A stretch of 64,000 nt of DNA from Deinococcus sp. (GCA_965261005.1 OZ253375.1:2240001-2304000), one strand, 5' to 3'. Shown: positions 24,639 to 36,609, numbered from the stretch's first letter. A program made the numbers and translations. The notes: generated from the letters alone by a model not told the origin.

Positions 24639-25865
24639 TTATAGTTCCTCCTCCACCCTCTTTTCACCTCCCGCCCCGCGCAGCAGCGGCAGGGCCGGCA
24701 GGCGCACCAGCGCGGCCAGGGCCAGCGCCGCCCGCACGCCCAGCGCGCCACCCAAGAGGCCGAAGACCGGCCCGAACGTCACCTGTCCCAGCGCGTCCGC
24801 CTGCGAAGCGAGGCTGTTGACGGTGGCCCGCGAGCGCGCCGTAAGCCCCCGGTTGAGCCAAGCGTCGTACAGCGGCGCGTAGAGGCCGCGCAGCATGCCG
24901 TGTAGCACCAGGGCCGCCGCTGCCCAGCCGAAGTTCGGCGCAAACGCAAAGGTCAGCAGCGCGGCCACGCTGAGGGCCAGCACCAGCCGCAGGGCCAGGG
25001 CGACCGAGCGCCCATCGGCCGGGTTGACGCGGCGGCGCAGCGGCTCGGTCACGGCCAGGCCCGCGAATTGGGTCGCCAGCGCCAGCAGGATGAACCAGTT
25101 GGCCGCGCTCAGGGCGCCGGGCAGGCCGACCTGCTTGACCAGCAAAAACTCATTCAAACGGTCCACCGCCTCGCTGCTCGCGCCGTACAGCACGGCGCTC
25201 AGCAGCAGCAGGGTGAGGACGCGGCTGGCCCGCACCTCGCGCACGCCCTGCCGCAAGGTGTCCCCCAGGGCGGCCCAGGTCTGCCGCTCGGCGCTCGGAA
25301 CGGGGGCGAAGCCCTGCTCCGGCATGCGCAGGGCCAGGTAGGCGCCGAGGGCGAGAACCGCCGCGCCGCCCGCCAGAATCGGCACGCCCAGGCCAAAGGG
25401 GGCCAGCGCCGCCGCCCCGAGGATGCCGGCGATGCCCGCCGCCCGCCCGTACTGGCTGCCCAACAGGTACAGGTGGGCGGCCCGCGCCTCGCCCACCTCG
25501 TCGGCCAGCCAAGCCTGCTGCGCGCCGCTGAGCAGCGTGTAGCCGGCAGCGAACACGATTTGGGTCAGCAGCAGCGCCCAGAACACCGGAAAAGCCGCCA
25601 CCGACCCCATCGCCAGGCCCAAGCACAGGCAGCCCAGAATCACCGAGCGGCGGCGCGAGTACACGTCGGCCACGACGCCGGTCGGCACCTCCAGCACAAA
25701 GGCGGCGCCCTCCAGGGCCGCGCCGATCAGCAGCAGTTGCAACGGCCCCAGGCCCGCCACCACCACGAAATACAGCCCTTGCAGCGTAAAGGCTAGGGCA
25801 AAGGCCAGGGACAGCCCGGCCGACAGCGCAAGGTAAACCTGCGCGGGGTCCTTTGATTTCAACAT
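24639..25865 (-). CDS. MFS transporter resembling the TetA(P)-like efflux group
   Basis: About 12 hydrophobic segments; LEVPTGVVADVYSRRRS, SGAQQAWLADE and RSRATVNS...DALGQ motifs. Confidence 0.8.
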   Translation of the reverse strand: MLKSKDPAQVYLALSAGLSLAFALAFTLQGLYFVVVAGLGPLQLLLIGAALEGAAFVLEVPTGVVADVYSRRRSVILGCLCLGLAMGSVAAFPVFWALLLTQIVFAAGYTLLSGAQQAWLADEVGEARAAHLYLLGSQYGRAAGIAGILGAAALAPFGLGVPILAGGAAVLALGAYLALRMPEQGFAPVPSAERQTWAALGDTLRQGVREVRASRVLTLLLLSAVLYGASSEAVDRLNEFLLVKQVGLPGALSAANWFILLALATQFAGLAVTEPLRRRVNPADGRSVALALRLVLALSVAALLTFAFAPNFGWAAAALVLHGMLRGLYAPLYDAWLNRGLTARSRATVNSLASQADALGQVTFGPVFGLLGGALGVRAALALAALVRLPALPLLRGAGGEKRVEEEL

Positions 25866-25870
25866 GGGTT

Positions 25871-26006
25871 CCTCGGGATGACACAGCTCAGCAATTCAAC
25901 GAATCGGCTGCGCCACCTGAGGAAGGGGCGCCGCTTCTTGACGGAGAAGGTCAGAGGGCTGTTGACATTGTTGGTTCACCCCGAGGTCGAGGTTGGGTAC
26001 AGCATA
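25871..26006 (-). promoter_or_regulatory. Candidate leader-peptide translational attenuator of the MFS gene
   Basis: -10 TATGCT (26006-26001); CCTCGGGGTGA (25986-25976) is complementary to TCATCCCGAGG (25881-25871), covering both the uORF RBS and the MFS RBS. Confidence 0.65.
25951..25968 (-). CDS. Putative leader peptide MSTAL
   Basis: ATG TCA ACA GCC CTC TGA, preceded at 7 nt by the SD-like GGGGTGA. Confidence 0.55.
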   Translation of the reverse strand: MSTAL

Positions 26007-26099
26007 CGGCAAAGGTGAGGGGCGCCGCACTTCCCCACACAAAACGACCGGCCCACCCGCGCCGTCTGGCGCTGCCGCCCCTGCCGCTGCTCGACTTCG

Positions 26100-26450
26100 T
26101 TCACGCGACCTCGCTGGCGCAGGTCAAGCAAAGGGGCGCCCTAATGCTGGGCACCGACCCGCAGTTCGCGCCCTTCGAGTTCAAGAACGACGCGGGCGAG
26201 ATTGTCGGTTTCGGCGTGGACATCGCGCGGGCCATCGCGGGGGACCTCGGCGTGCCGCTCAAAATCGGGAGCGTGGGCTTCGACGCCCTGATGCCCGCCA
26301 GCATCACCTCCGGCCGGGTGGACCTGGCCATGTCGGGCATCACCATCACCCCCGAGCGCGCGGGGGTCGTGAGCTTCAGCAACCCGTACTTTCGCAGCGC
26401 GCAGGTCTTCATCACGCGGAAGGGCAACCCCAAGCAGTTCGATTGGCCGG
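26100..26450 (+). pseudogene. Fragment of a polar amino acid ABC substrate-binding protein (family 3)
   Basis: LGTDPQFAPFEF, GFGVDIARAIA, VDLAMSGITITPER and FSNPYF; no signal peptide or clear start, and the similarity stops after about 115 codons; boundaries approximate. Confidence 0.7.
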
Positions 26451-26598
26451 TGAGTAGCAGGCAAAGGGCGAGAAGGAGCGGCGTTGTTTGGACGTCCCGA
26501 AGCGCGCCAACGCTTCTCACCCAACCATTCATGAAGTTTTTTGTACACTCTGCGCGTTTAGCCTCTGTATTTATCGGTACAATTTCCATAGCGGCTTC

Positions 26599-27648
26599 AT
26601 GACGGACATGCCCAGCAATCTGCTCAAAAAGCGCCTGTACCTGCTGGCGGTGATCATTGCTGTTTTCACGCTGCTGCCGTGGTGGCTATATATGCTGTTC
26701 TACAGCCGCGACAACCTGTTTTTGATTGCGGCGCTGCCGCTGTTGATGTTGAATCTGCTGGTCCTGCTTTGGCGGTACGCGCGGCGGCCCTTGTCCGAGC
26801 GTACCGCGCGGGCCGGTGTCGTGACCATCTTCGTCTTCGCGCTGGGCACCTTGGTCTCCATGCTGCTTTGGCCGTTTCCGGCGGCGCTGCAAGGCGTGGA
26901 GAATTTGTTGCTGATCGTGGTGTCCCTCATCGGGTATCTGCTGCTGCCGGCGCGCACCGCCATGTTGGCCTCGGCCGCGCTGTACGCGGTGACCGTGGTC
27001 CTCACCTGGACCGCGGTCACCGCGCACAGCAACGCGGTTCAGGTTTGGCTGGCCGCCCTGATCCGGCAAGGTGGCTCGCTGGTGGTCATTTTGCTGCTGT
27101 ACATGGTGGCGCACATGCGTCAAGGCTGGAAGACCGAGAGCGTCGTGCGCCAGCGCGAGCAGCGCCTCGCCAACACCGACGCCTTGACCGAGCTGCTCAA
27201 CCGGCGCGGCCTCGGGAGCGTGATCGAGCGCGCGGTGGTGGCGGCGGGCAGCGAGCACTTCTGCGTCGTGCTCACCGACATTGACGCCTTTAAGCGCGTG
27301 AACGATCTGTTCGGGCATCAGACGGGGGACGAGGTGCTGCGGCGCTTTGCGGCGGCCCTGCAAACCGAGCTGCGCGACGGCGACGAGCTGGGGCGTTGGG
27401 GCGGCGAGGAATATTTGCTGGTGCTGCCGCGCACCGACCTCTTGGGCGCCTTGCATGTGGCCGAGCGGCTGCGCGCCCGCATCGAGGCCGCGCCGCTGCT
27501 GGACGGTCACCCGGTCACGGCCAGCTTTGGCGTGTCGGCCTGGCGCGCGGACGATACCTTTGAATTCATGCTGCGCCGGGCCGACCAAGCCCTTTACCGC
27601 GCCAAGGCGGGCGGCAAGAACCGCGTCGTGGCCGAGGCCGAGGCGTAG
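26599..27648 (+). CDS. Membrane-bound diguanylate cyclase
   Basis: About six TM segments, then TDALTELLNRR, DIDAFKRVND, RxxD (RDGD), GGEEY and ADQALY.AK..GKN. Confidence 0.92.
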   Translation: MTDMPSNLLKKRLYLLAVIIAVFTLLPWWLYMLFYSRDNLFLIAALPLLMLNLLVLLWRYARRPLSERTARAGVVTIFVFALGTLVSMLLWPFPAALQGVENLLLIVVSLIGYLLLPARTAMLASAALYAVTVVLTWTAVTAHSNAVQVWLAALIRQGGSLVVILLLYMVAHMRQGWKTESVVRQREQRLANTDALTELLNRRGLGSVIERAVVAAGSEHFCVVLTDIDAFKRVNDLFGHQTGDEVLRRFAAALQTELRDGDELGRWGGEEYLLVLPRTDLLGALHVAERLRARIEAAPLLDGHPVTASFGVSAWRADDTFEFMLRRADQALYRAKAGGKNRVVAEAEA

Positions 27649-27665
27649 CCCTCACGCTGAGCTTT

Positions 27666-29489
27666 CTACCACACCACGCGGTTGCGGCCCTGGGCCTTGG
27701 CTTGGTAGAGCCGCTTGTCGGCAATGGCCAGCAGCGTTTCTGGCGCCGTCCCGCCGGCGCCGTCGTGGACGAAGGTGCAGACGCCGACACTCACGGTCAC
27801 GCGCAGGTCCGGCCGCACGCTGGCCCAATCGAAGTTGGCCACGTCCGCGCGCAACGCCTCCAAGCGCTGGCGGGCGGCTTCCTCGCCGGCGCCGAACAGC
27901 GCCAGCACGAACTCCTCGCCGCCAAGGCGACCGAAGGCGTCCTGTTCGCCCACGTGCCGGCGAAGAAGAGTACCAAAAATACGCAGCACCTCGTCGCCCA
28001 CCGCGTGCGAGTAGGTATCGTTGACGTGCTTGAAGCGGTCGAGGTCGATTAGCGCCACGCTGAGGGCGCGCGCCTCGCTGCGCGCCCGCGCGTGCAGGCG
28101 CGCGAGGGCGGCAATCGCGTGCCGCCGGTTGGGCAAATTGGTCAATTCGTCATGGTGAGCCAAGCGGTCGAGCCGTTCGGTTTGCTCGCCGAGCCGCGTC
28201 AGTAAGGCGTTCCTTTGCTCGCGCTCGCGCTCCAGGGCGCGCACCGTCCCCGTCAGCGTGGCGTTGGCCGCGCTCAACCGCTCGTTCAGTTGGCGCTGCG
28301 CCTCGGCGGCTTGGCGGGTCTGCTCGATCTCGTGTTGAATCAGCAGAACCTGGGTGTGGCGGCGTTGCGTTTCGCCGAGCAGTTGCTGCTGGGCGTGGTG
28401 GTGGAGCCGCAACTGCTGTAGGGCCGCCTGAAAATTGCCCACGCGCTCGTGAGCTTGCGCCAGCAATTCGTGGGCGGCGCTGACCTCGGGCGCGAGGCCG
28501 GCCTCCTCGGCAATGGCGAGGGTCGCCGCCAACACCTCGCACGCGGGGCCGCTTTGGCCGCCCAGCAGCAGCGCCTCGCCCAAGTGCAGCCGCGCGGTCG
28601 CGCTCAGCAGGGGCGCGCCGAGGGCGTCCGCCAACCCGGCCGTATGCTCGTAGTGCGCCTTGGAGCGCGCCGCCTCGCCGCGTGCCAAGTAAATCTTGCC
28701 CATGTCGAGCAGCAAGAGGACTTCCTCGCGCACGGCGCCGCCGACCTGCCGGATCAAGCCCAGCGCCCTTTCGGCCGTCGCGTGGGCGGCGTCCAGCTGA
28801 CCAAGGCCCAGCTCGGCCAGCATGAAGACGTTCAGGGTGTGCGCCTCCAAACGGCGGTCGCCGAGCTGCCGCGCGAGACGCAGCGCCTCTTGCAGATCGG
28901 TGACTGCACCCTCATGCTGGCCGAGCAGGCAACGGGTGTTGCCGATGTTGGACAGCGTGTTGGCCTGAGGCGCCGTGAATCCGCCGTCCTGCGCCGCTGC
29001 CAGCCCCTGGAGGTAGTAGTCCAAGCCGCCGGCGTAGTCGCCGACCTCGCAAAAGGCGTTGCCCAGGTTGCACAGGCAGCGGCACGCGGTCGCCTGGTCG
29101 CCCAATTCGCGCGCCAGGTGCAGCGCCTCCAGCATGCGGCCGATGGACTGTTCCAGCCGCGAGCTGACCCCGTAGATGATGCCCAGCGTGCCCAGCGCCC
29201 GCGCCTCGCCCGCACGGTGGCCGGTCGCGCGGAACTGCGCGAGCGCCTCCAGACACGACGCCTCGGCCCGCGCGTACTGCGAGCAGCACCACTCCAGCTC
29301 CGCAACCTCAAGCAGGCGCTCGGCGGCCAAGCCTGCCTCTCCCAGCGTGCAGGCGAGTTCGTGCGCCCGCCGGCATAAGTGCAGTGCGTGCATGGGGTCG
29401 GTCTCGCGCGCCGCCTCGATCTCGGTGAGCAGCGTACTCAGATAAACCTCATCCTGAGAGCAAAGGACGGTCTCGGGCGTGTTCATCAT
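27666..29489 (-). CDS. TPR-repeat diguanylate cyclase
   Basis: Helical TPR-like repeats and a coiled coil, then DELTNLPNRR, DLDRFKHVND and GGEEF. Confidence 0.92.
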   Translation of the reverse strand: MMNTPETVLCSQDEVYLSTLLTEIEAARETDPMHALHLCRRAHELACTLGEAGLAAERLLEVAELEWCCSQYARAEASCLEALAQFRATGHRAGEARALGTLGIIYGVSSRLEQSIGRMLEALHLARELGDQATACRCLCNLGNAFCEVGDYAGGLDYYLQGLAAAQDGGFTAPQANTLSNIGNTRCLLGQHEGAVTDLQEALRLARQLGDRRLEAHTLNVFMLAELGLGQLDAAHATAERALGLIRQVGGAVREEVLLLLDMGKIYLARGEAARSKAHYEHTAGLADALGAPLLSATARLHLGEALLLGGQSGPACEVLAATLAIAEEAGLAPEVSAAHELLAQAHERVGNFQAALQQLRLHHHAQQQLLGETQRRHTQVLLIQHEIEQTRQAAEAQRQLNERLSAANATLTGTVRALEREREQRNALLTRLGEQTERLDRLAHHDELTNLPNRRHAIAALARLHARARSEARALSVALIDLDRFKHVNDTYSHAVGDEVLRIFGTLLRRHVGEQDAFGRLGGEEFVLALFGAGEEAARQRLEALRADVANFDWASVRPDLRVTVSVGVCTFVHDGAGGTAPETLLAIADKRLYQAKAQGRNRVVW

Positions 29490-29555
29490 AGTGAAGCTAG
29501 TTTAAAAAACGTAGTCTGACAACTTTGTTTCAGGGCGCTGTTTTATTTCAGGGCG

Positions 29556-30710
29556 CTACGCGTCGCTCGGCCCCAGCGCGCGCCGCAGGGCCAGCGCCGC
29601 GATGCCCGCCGCGCCGGCGATCAGCAGCGCGCCGTAGGGAATGGCGCCCGCCCCCACCACCTCGACCAGCCGGCCCACGCCGGCCGGAAACAGGGCCGCC
29701 CCGCCCAGGGCGCCGCTGAGCGCCCAGGTGGTCGCGCCGGGAACGCCCTCCAGCGCGCGGCTGAGCCACAAAAAGCTGCTGGGAAACAGGCTCGCCAGGC
29801 CCGCACCCAGCACAATCACGGCCGCAGGGGCGGCGGGGGGCCAAGCGGCCAGCAGCCAGCACGCGGCGCTCAGGCCCAGCGAACCCAGCACCATCGCGGA
29901 GGGAGCAAAGCGCAGACTCAGCGGGGCGGCCAGCAAGCGCGCCGCGGTAAAGGCGACGAAGTAGAGCGCCGTGAAGTTGGCCGCCCGCGCCGGCGCGCTG
30001 CCCAGCGACACCAGGTAGCTGGCCATCCAGCCGGCGCTGCTCGCCTCAAGGCCCACGCCCAGGGCCAGCAGCGCCACAAAGCCCAGCAGCGCCGGCCGCC
30101 GGCCCGCCGCGTGGGGGGACGATGGCGCCGGCGCTCCCCGGTCGTCGAGTCTCAGGGCCAGCGGCAACAGCAGGGCGGTGGCCGCGCCCACCAGCAAGAA
30201 GGGCCGGCGCGGGTCGCCGCTGAAGGCCCCGATCAGCAGCGGCCCCGCCACGGCGCCCACGCCGAACAGCGCGTTGAGCACGCTGAGCATCGCGCCGCCG
30301 CGCGCGCCGAAGCTGCGCGCGAAGAGGCCGTTGAGGCCAGCCGTGAGGGCGCCGTAGCCCAGGCCGACGGTGAGGGCGCCCAGCAGCGCGAGCGGCCACA
30401 GCGGGGCCAGCCCCACGCCGAGGGCGCCCAGCGACAGCAGCAGCGCGGCGCCGCCCACCCGCCAGCGCGCCATCCGGCGTCCCTCCAGGGCGCCAGCACC
30501 CAGCACGCCCAGCAAGGCGCCCAGGGCGTGGGCGCTCAGCAGCAGCCCCGCCGTCGCCGCCGGCAAGCCGAACAGGCGGCCCAGGCCCGGCAGCGCGGGA
30601 CCGTACAGCGCCTGAACCGCGCCCATCAGCGCGAAGGTCAGAAAGCCCGCCGTCACCCCAGAAAGGGGCAACCCGGGGGTGGACGAAAGTTCGGGTTGAT
30701 GAACGCTCAC
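29556..30710 (-). CDS. MFS transporter (FucP/TsgA-like)
   Basis: Hydrophobic ORF with YGPALP, LNALFGVGAVAGP and VGLEASSAGW; GTG start overlaps the upstream stop. Confidence 0.8.
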   Translation of the reverse strand: MSVHQPELSSTPGLPLSGVTAGFLTFALMGAVQALYGPALPGLGRLFGLPAATAGLLLSAHALGALLGVLGAGALEGRRMARWRVGGAALLLSLGALGVGLAPLWPLALLGALTVGLGYGALTAGLNGLFARSFGARGGAMLSVLNALFGVGAVAGPLLIGAFSGDPRRPFLLVGAATALLLPLALRLDDRGAPAPSSPHAAGRRPALLGFVALLALGVGLEASSAGWMASYLVSLGSAPARAANFTALYFVAFTAARLLAAPLSLRFAPSAMVLGSLGLSAACWLLAAWPPAAPAAVIVLGAGLASLFPSSFLWLSRALEGVPGATTWALSGALGGAALFPAGVGRLVEVVGAGAIPYGALLIAGAAGIAALALRRALGPSDA

Positions 30711-31900
30711 GCCCGCGCCGCCCGGCCGCCCAGCAGCGCGATGGCGGCGGCCAGGGCGGCGACCAGCCCCAGCCCCGCCGGCAAGCCGGCCCCCTCGGCC
30801 ACGAAGCCGACCAGGGGCGGCCCGGCCAGAAAGCCCAGGTAAGCCAAGGTCGAGACCTGCGCGATAGAGGTGCCGGCGTTGCCGGTCCGTCCGGCCGCGT
30901 CGAAGATGACCGGCACCAGGTTGGCCAGGCCCAGGCCGGCGGCGGCGAAGCCCACCGCCGAGAGAAGGGGCGAGGCGATCAGCAGCGCGCCCGCCAGCCC
31001 CAGCGCGCACAAGGCCGCCCCGCCGCGCAGCAGCGCCGCGCCCCCGAAGCGCGCCCGCGCCCAATCCCCGGAGAGCCGCCCCGCCGTCATGGCGAAGGTA
31101 AAGGCGATAAAGCCGACGCCCGCCGCGCCCGGGCCGCTGCCCAGCACGCTGCGGTAGTACAAGGTGCTCCAATCGGACACGGCGCCCTCGGCCAGCAGGC
31201 CCAGAAAGCCCAGGGCGCCGAGAAGCAGGATGGCGGGGGAGAGGCGGCGCCATCCGGCTGGCCGTTCGCCCGCCCCCGCTCCCTCAGCTTCCGCCTCCTC
31301 GTTGAGGTCGTCACGTTTGGGCAGCAGAACCGGGCCGGCCAACAGCGCCAGCGCGAAAAAGACGGCGGCCACGGCTGACATGTGCGCCAGTGCCCCCACG
31401 CCCCAGCCCAGCACCAGGCTGCCCAGGCCCGCGCCCACCAAGCTGCCCAGGCTCCAGGCCGCGTGAAACGAGGAGAGCACTGGCCGCCCCAAGCGGCGCT
31501 CCACCGCCACCCCTTGCGCGTTCATGGCGACGTCGAGGCCGCCCGTGACCGCCCCGTAGAGGGTGAGCGCCAGCACCTGCCAAATCAAGTTGGGGGCGAG
31601 CAGCAGCGGCAGCAGCGTGAGGGGATTTGCCAGGGCGTAGGCGCGCGTGACCGCTCGGCTGCCCCAGCGCGCGACCAAAGCGCCGGTGGGGGGCATGCTC
31701 AGCAAGCTGCCCACCGCGATGGCGAGCAGCGCCAGGCCCAACACGCCGGTTGTCAGCCCCAGCTTGGCCTTGACGTTCGGAATGTGCAGCGCCCAAGTCG
31801 CGAAGGTGAAGCCGTTCAAAAAGAAGACGGCGGCGGTCGCCCAGCGGGCGCGAACGGCGTGCGGCGGATTGGAAGGGGAAGCGTTGAGCGGCTGCGCCAT
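30707..31900 (-). CDS. MFS transporter (YbjJ-like)
   Basis: FFLNGF..ATW, DVAMNAQG, FHAAWSLG, EGAVSDWS and GFLAGPP. Confidence 0.85.
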   Translation of the reverse strand: MAQPLNASPSNPPHAVRARWATAAVFFLNGFTFATWALHIPNVKAKLGLTTGVLGLALLAIAVGSLLSMPPTGALVARWGSRAVTRAYALANPLTLLPLLLAPNLIWQVLALTLYGAVTGGLDVAMNAQGVAVERRLGRPVLSSFHAAWSLGSLVGAGLGSLVLGWGVGALAHMSAVAAVFFALALLAGPVLLPKRDDLNEEAEAEGAGAGERPAGWRRLSPAILLLGALGFLGLLAEGAVSDWSTLYYRSVLGSGPGAAGVGFIAFTFAMTAGRLSGDWARARFGGAALLRGGAALCALGLAGALLIASPLLSAVGFAAAGLGLANLVPVIFDAAGRTGNAGTSIAQVSTLAYLGFLAGPPLVGFVAEGAGLPAGLGLVAALAAAIALLGGRAARA

Positions 31901-32053
31901 GGAAACACCAACTGCGGAAAGGGGACGTGGGTCTGAAGCGGTCGCGCTGATGGTAGCACTTGGTGGCCGTAGACCCCACTTCTTTCGTAAACTTCGTTTC
32001 TTACGTTGTAGTAGAGTGGCGCAGAGGATTCACCTCGGAACGGAGCGAACGGC

Positions 32054-33058
32054 ATGGCGAAACTATTGGTCACGGGCGGGGCCGGTTACATCGGCTCACA
32101 CACGGCGCGCAAGTTGCAGGCGGCGGGACATCAGGTGGTGGTGCTGGACAACTTTTCGGCGGGCCACTTGGCGGCGCTGCCCGAGGGAACGGCGGTGCTG
32201 GACCTCGATTTGCTGGACCTTGAGGGCGTGAGGGACGCGCTGCGCCAACACCTGCCCGACGCCGTGATCCACTTCGCCGCCCTGATCGAGGTGGGCGACT
32301 CGATGCGCGATCCGCGCCGCTTTTACCGCAATAACTTCCTGGGCAGCATGAACCTCGCGAATGCCCTCCTCGACGTCGGCCCGGTGCCGCTGGTCTTTTC
32401 CTCGACCGCCGCCGTGTACGGCGAGCCGGAAGAAGTGCCCATTCCTGAGAGCGCCCCTGGGCGCCCGGTGAACGTCTACGGCGACACCAAGCTCGCCTTT
32501 GAGCGGCTGCTCAGCGGCTACGACGGCGCCTACGGTCTGCCGCACACCGTCTTGCGCTACTTCAACGTCTGCGGCGCCGACCCCAGCGGCGAGAACGGCG
32601 AGGCCCACCCTCACAAAACCCACCTGATCGAGCTGGCGCTGCTGACCGCCCTGGGCCAGCGCGAACGCATGCTGGTCTACGGCGACGACTACCCCACCCC
32701 GGACGGGACCTGTGTGCGCGACTACATCCACGTGCAGGACCTCGCGGACGCGCACGTGCTGGCGGTCGAGGCGTTGCTGGAGGGCGCCCAGAGTACGGCT
32801 TACAACGTCGGCCTCGGGCGGGGCTTCTCGGTCAAGGAGGTGCTGGACGCCGTGGACCGGGTGGTGGGCCACCCCATCCCGCGCGAACTCGCCCCGCGCC
32901 GCCCCGGCGACCCCGCCGTGCTGGTGGCCGACTCCGGCAAGATCAAGCGCGACCTCGGCTGGACGCCGCAGTACACCGACCTCGACGAGATCGTGCGCAC
33001 GGCTTGGCGCTGGCACAAGGACCATCCGCAGGGGTTCGAGGAGGTGGCGCGGGTATAA
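32054..33058 (+). CDS. galE: UDP-glucose 4-epimerase
   Basis: TGGAGYIGSH, HFAA, FSSTAAVYG, YGDTK, LRYFN and DGTCVRDYIHV. Confidence 0.96.
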   Translation: MAKLLVTGGAGYIGSHTARKLQAAGHQVVVLDNFSAGHLAALPEGTAVLDLDLLDLEGVRDALRQHLPDAVIHFAALIEVGDSMRDPRRFYRNNFLGSMNLANALLDVGPVPLVFSSTAAVYGEPEEVPIPESAPGRPVNVYGDTKLAFERLLSGYDGAYGLPHTVLRYFNVCGADPSGENGEAHPHKTHLIELALLTALGQRERMLVYGDDYPTPDGTCVRDYIHVQDLADAHVLAVEALLEGAQSTAYNVGLGRGFSVKEVLDAVDRVVGHPIPRELAPRRPGDPAVLVADSGKIKRDLGWTPQYTDLDEIVRTAWRWHKDHPQGFEEVARV

Positions 33059-33060
33059 AC

Positions 33061-33089
33061 AAAAAGGGCGGCCGAAGCCGCCCTTTCTT
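33061..33089. terminator. Bidirectional intrinsic terminator between galE and rny
   Basis: AAAGGGCGGC-CGAA-GCCGCCCTTT hairpin with A and T tracts, between convergent stops. Confidence 0.85.
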
Positions 33090-33098
33090 GCCCTTCCC

Positions 33099-34736
<1,638 letters not shown>

Positions 34737-34765
34737 GCGGTTCCTTTCGGTGTTCAGTGTGGTGT

Positions 34766-34869
34766 ATGAGCGCCGCGCGCGGCATGTTCTGACCGAACTT
34801 CGGCCACGGCCAAAGGGCCAGCCAGACCAGCAGGGACCAAGCGAGCCATAAGGTGCCGCGCGCACTCAT
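34766..34869 (-). ncRNA. Candidate structured RNA or 5' leader upstream of rny
   Basis: The ends AUGAGUGCGCGCGGCA and UGCCGCGCGCG-GCG-CUCAU form a long closing helix; -10 TAGACT at 34880-34875. Confidence 0.4.
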
Positions 34870-34918
34870 GGCTCAGTCTAATCCCAAAGATCCGCTTCGA
34901 CTGAGAACGCGGCACCAC

Positions 34919-34946
34919 AAAAAGCGCCCGCTTGGGGCGGGCGCTT
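34919..34946 (-). terminator. Intrinsic terminator after recA
   Basis: AAGCGCCCGC-CCCAA-GCGGGCGCTTTTT on the minus strand. Confidence 0.85.
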
Positions 34947-34960
34947 CGGCAACATCCGGC

Positions 34961-36033
<1,073 letters not shown>

Positions 36034-36037
<4 letters not shown>

Positions 36038-36609
36038 GGGTTGCCTCCTGGGGCGGGAAAGGGCGGATTGGAACGAATGGGTTCTGAATCAGGTGTTCGG
36101 CCCCCACCCAGCCGGAAGGTGCTGAGCGTCTCGTAGATCGGGCCACTGGGGCGCAGGGTGCTCCTGATCAGCAGCACCTCCCGCACTTGCCAACTGAGAT
36201 TCCACACGACGGGCGGGACGCGCGGGGCGGGTCCTTTTTTGCGCGCCAAGGTGACGTGCGGTTTGAAGGCTTGGTCGTCCGGCAGCTTCAGCCGCCCCGC
36301 CAGTGTGGCCGCCAACGGTTCCAACTCCGGCGCCTCCACCTTGGCGAACCAAACCCTGGGGCTGCCGGCGGCGGGAAAGTAGCCGCTGCCACGCACCCTC
36401 ACCTCGAAGGCCGAGACTTCACGCGCCGCCGCCACGCCCACCGCGCGCAATCCCGGCAGCTGCTCCTCGCGCGCGTTCGGCAGGTAGGCCAGCGTGACGT
36501 GAAACTGCTCGGGCGCCACCTTGCGCCAGTTGCCCTTGAGGGCGCTCTGGGCCTGGGCCAACTCTCCGGCCACCTGCGGGGGCAGCTTGACGGCGTAAAA
36601 GAGCCTCAC
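36034..36609 (-). CDS. thpR: RNA 2',3'-cyclic phosphodiesterase (2'-5' RNA ligase, LigT)
   Basis: RLFYA start and two HxT motifs (FHVTLAY, PHVTLAR); lies between cinA and recA. Confidence 0.92.

Noticed and set aside
25853..26602. 249-aa ORF as an intact ABC substrate-binding protein
   Set aside because: Only the central ~115 codons resemble the family; the 5' part overlaps the MFS leader on the other strand and there is no signal peptide.
31975..32020. AT-rich TTACGTT segment upstream of galE as a second RDRM
   Set aside because: Only one half-site matches; the 17-bp palindromic partner is missing.
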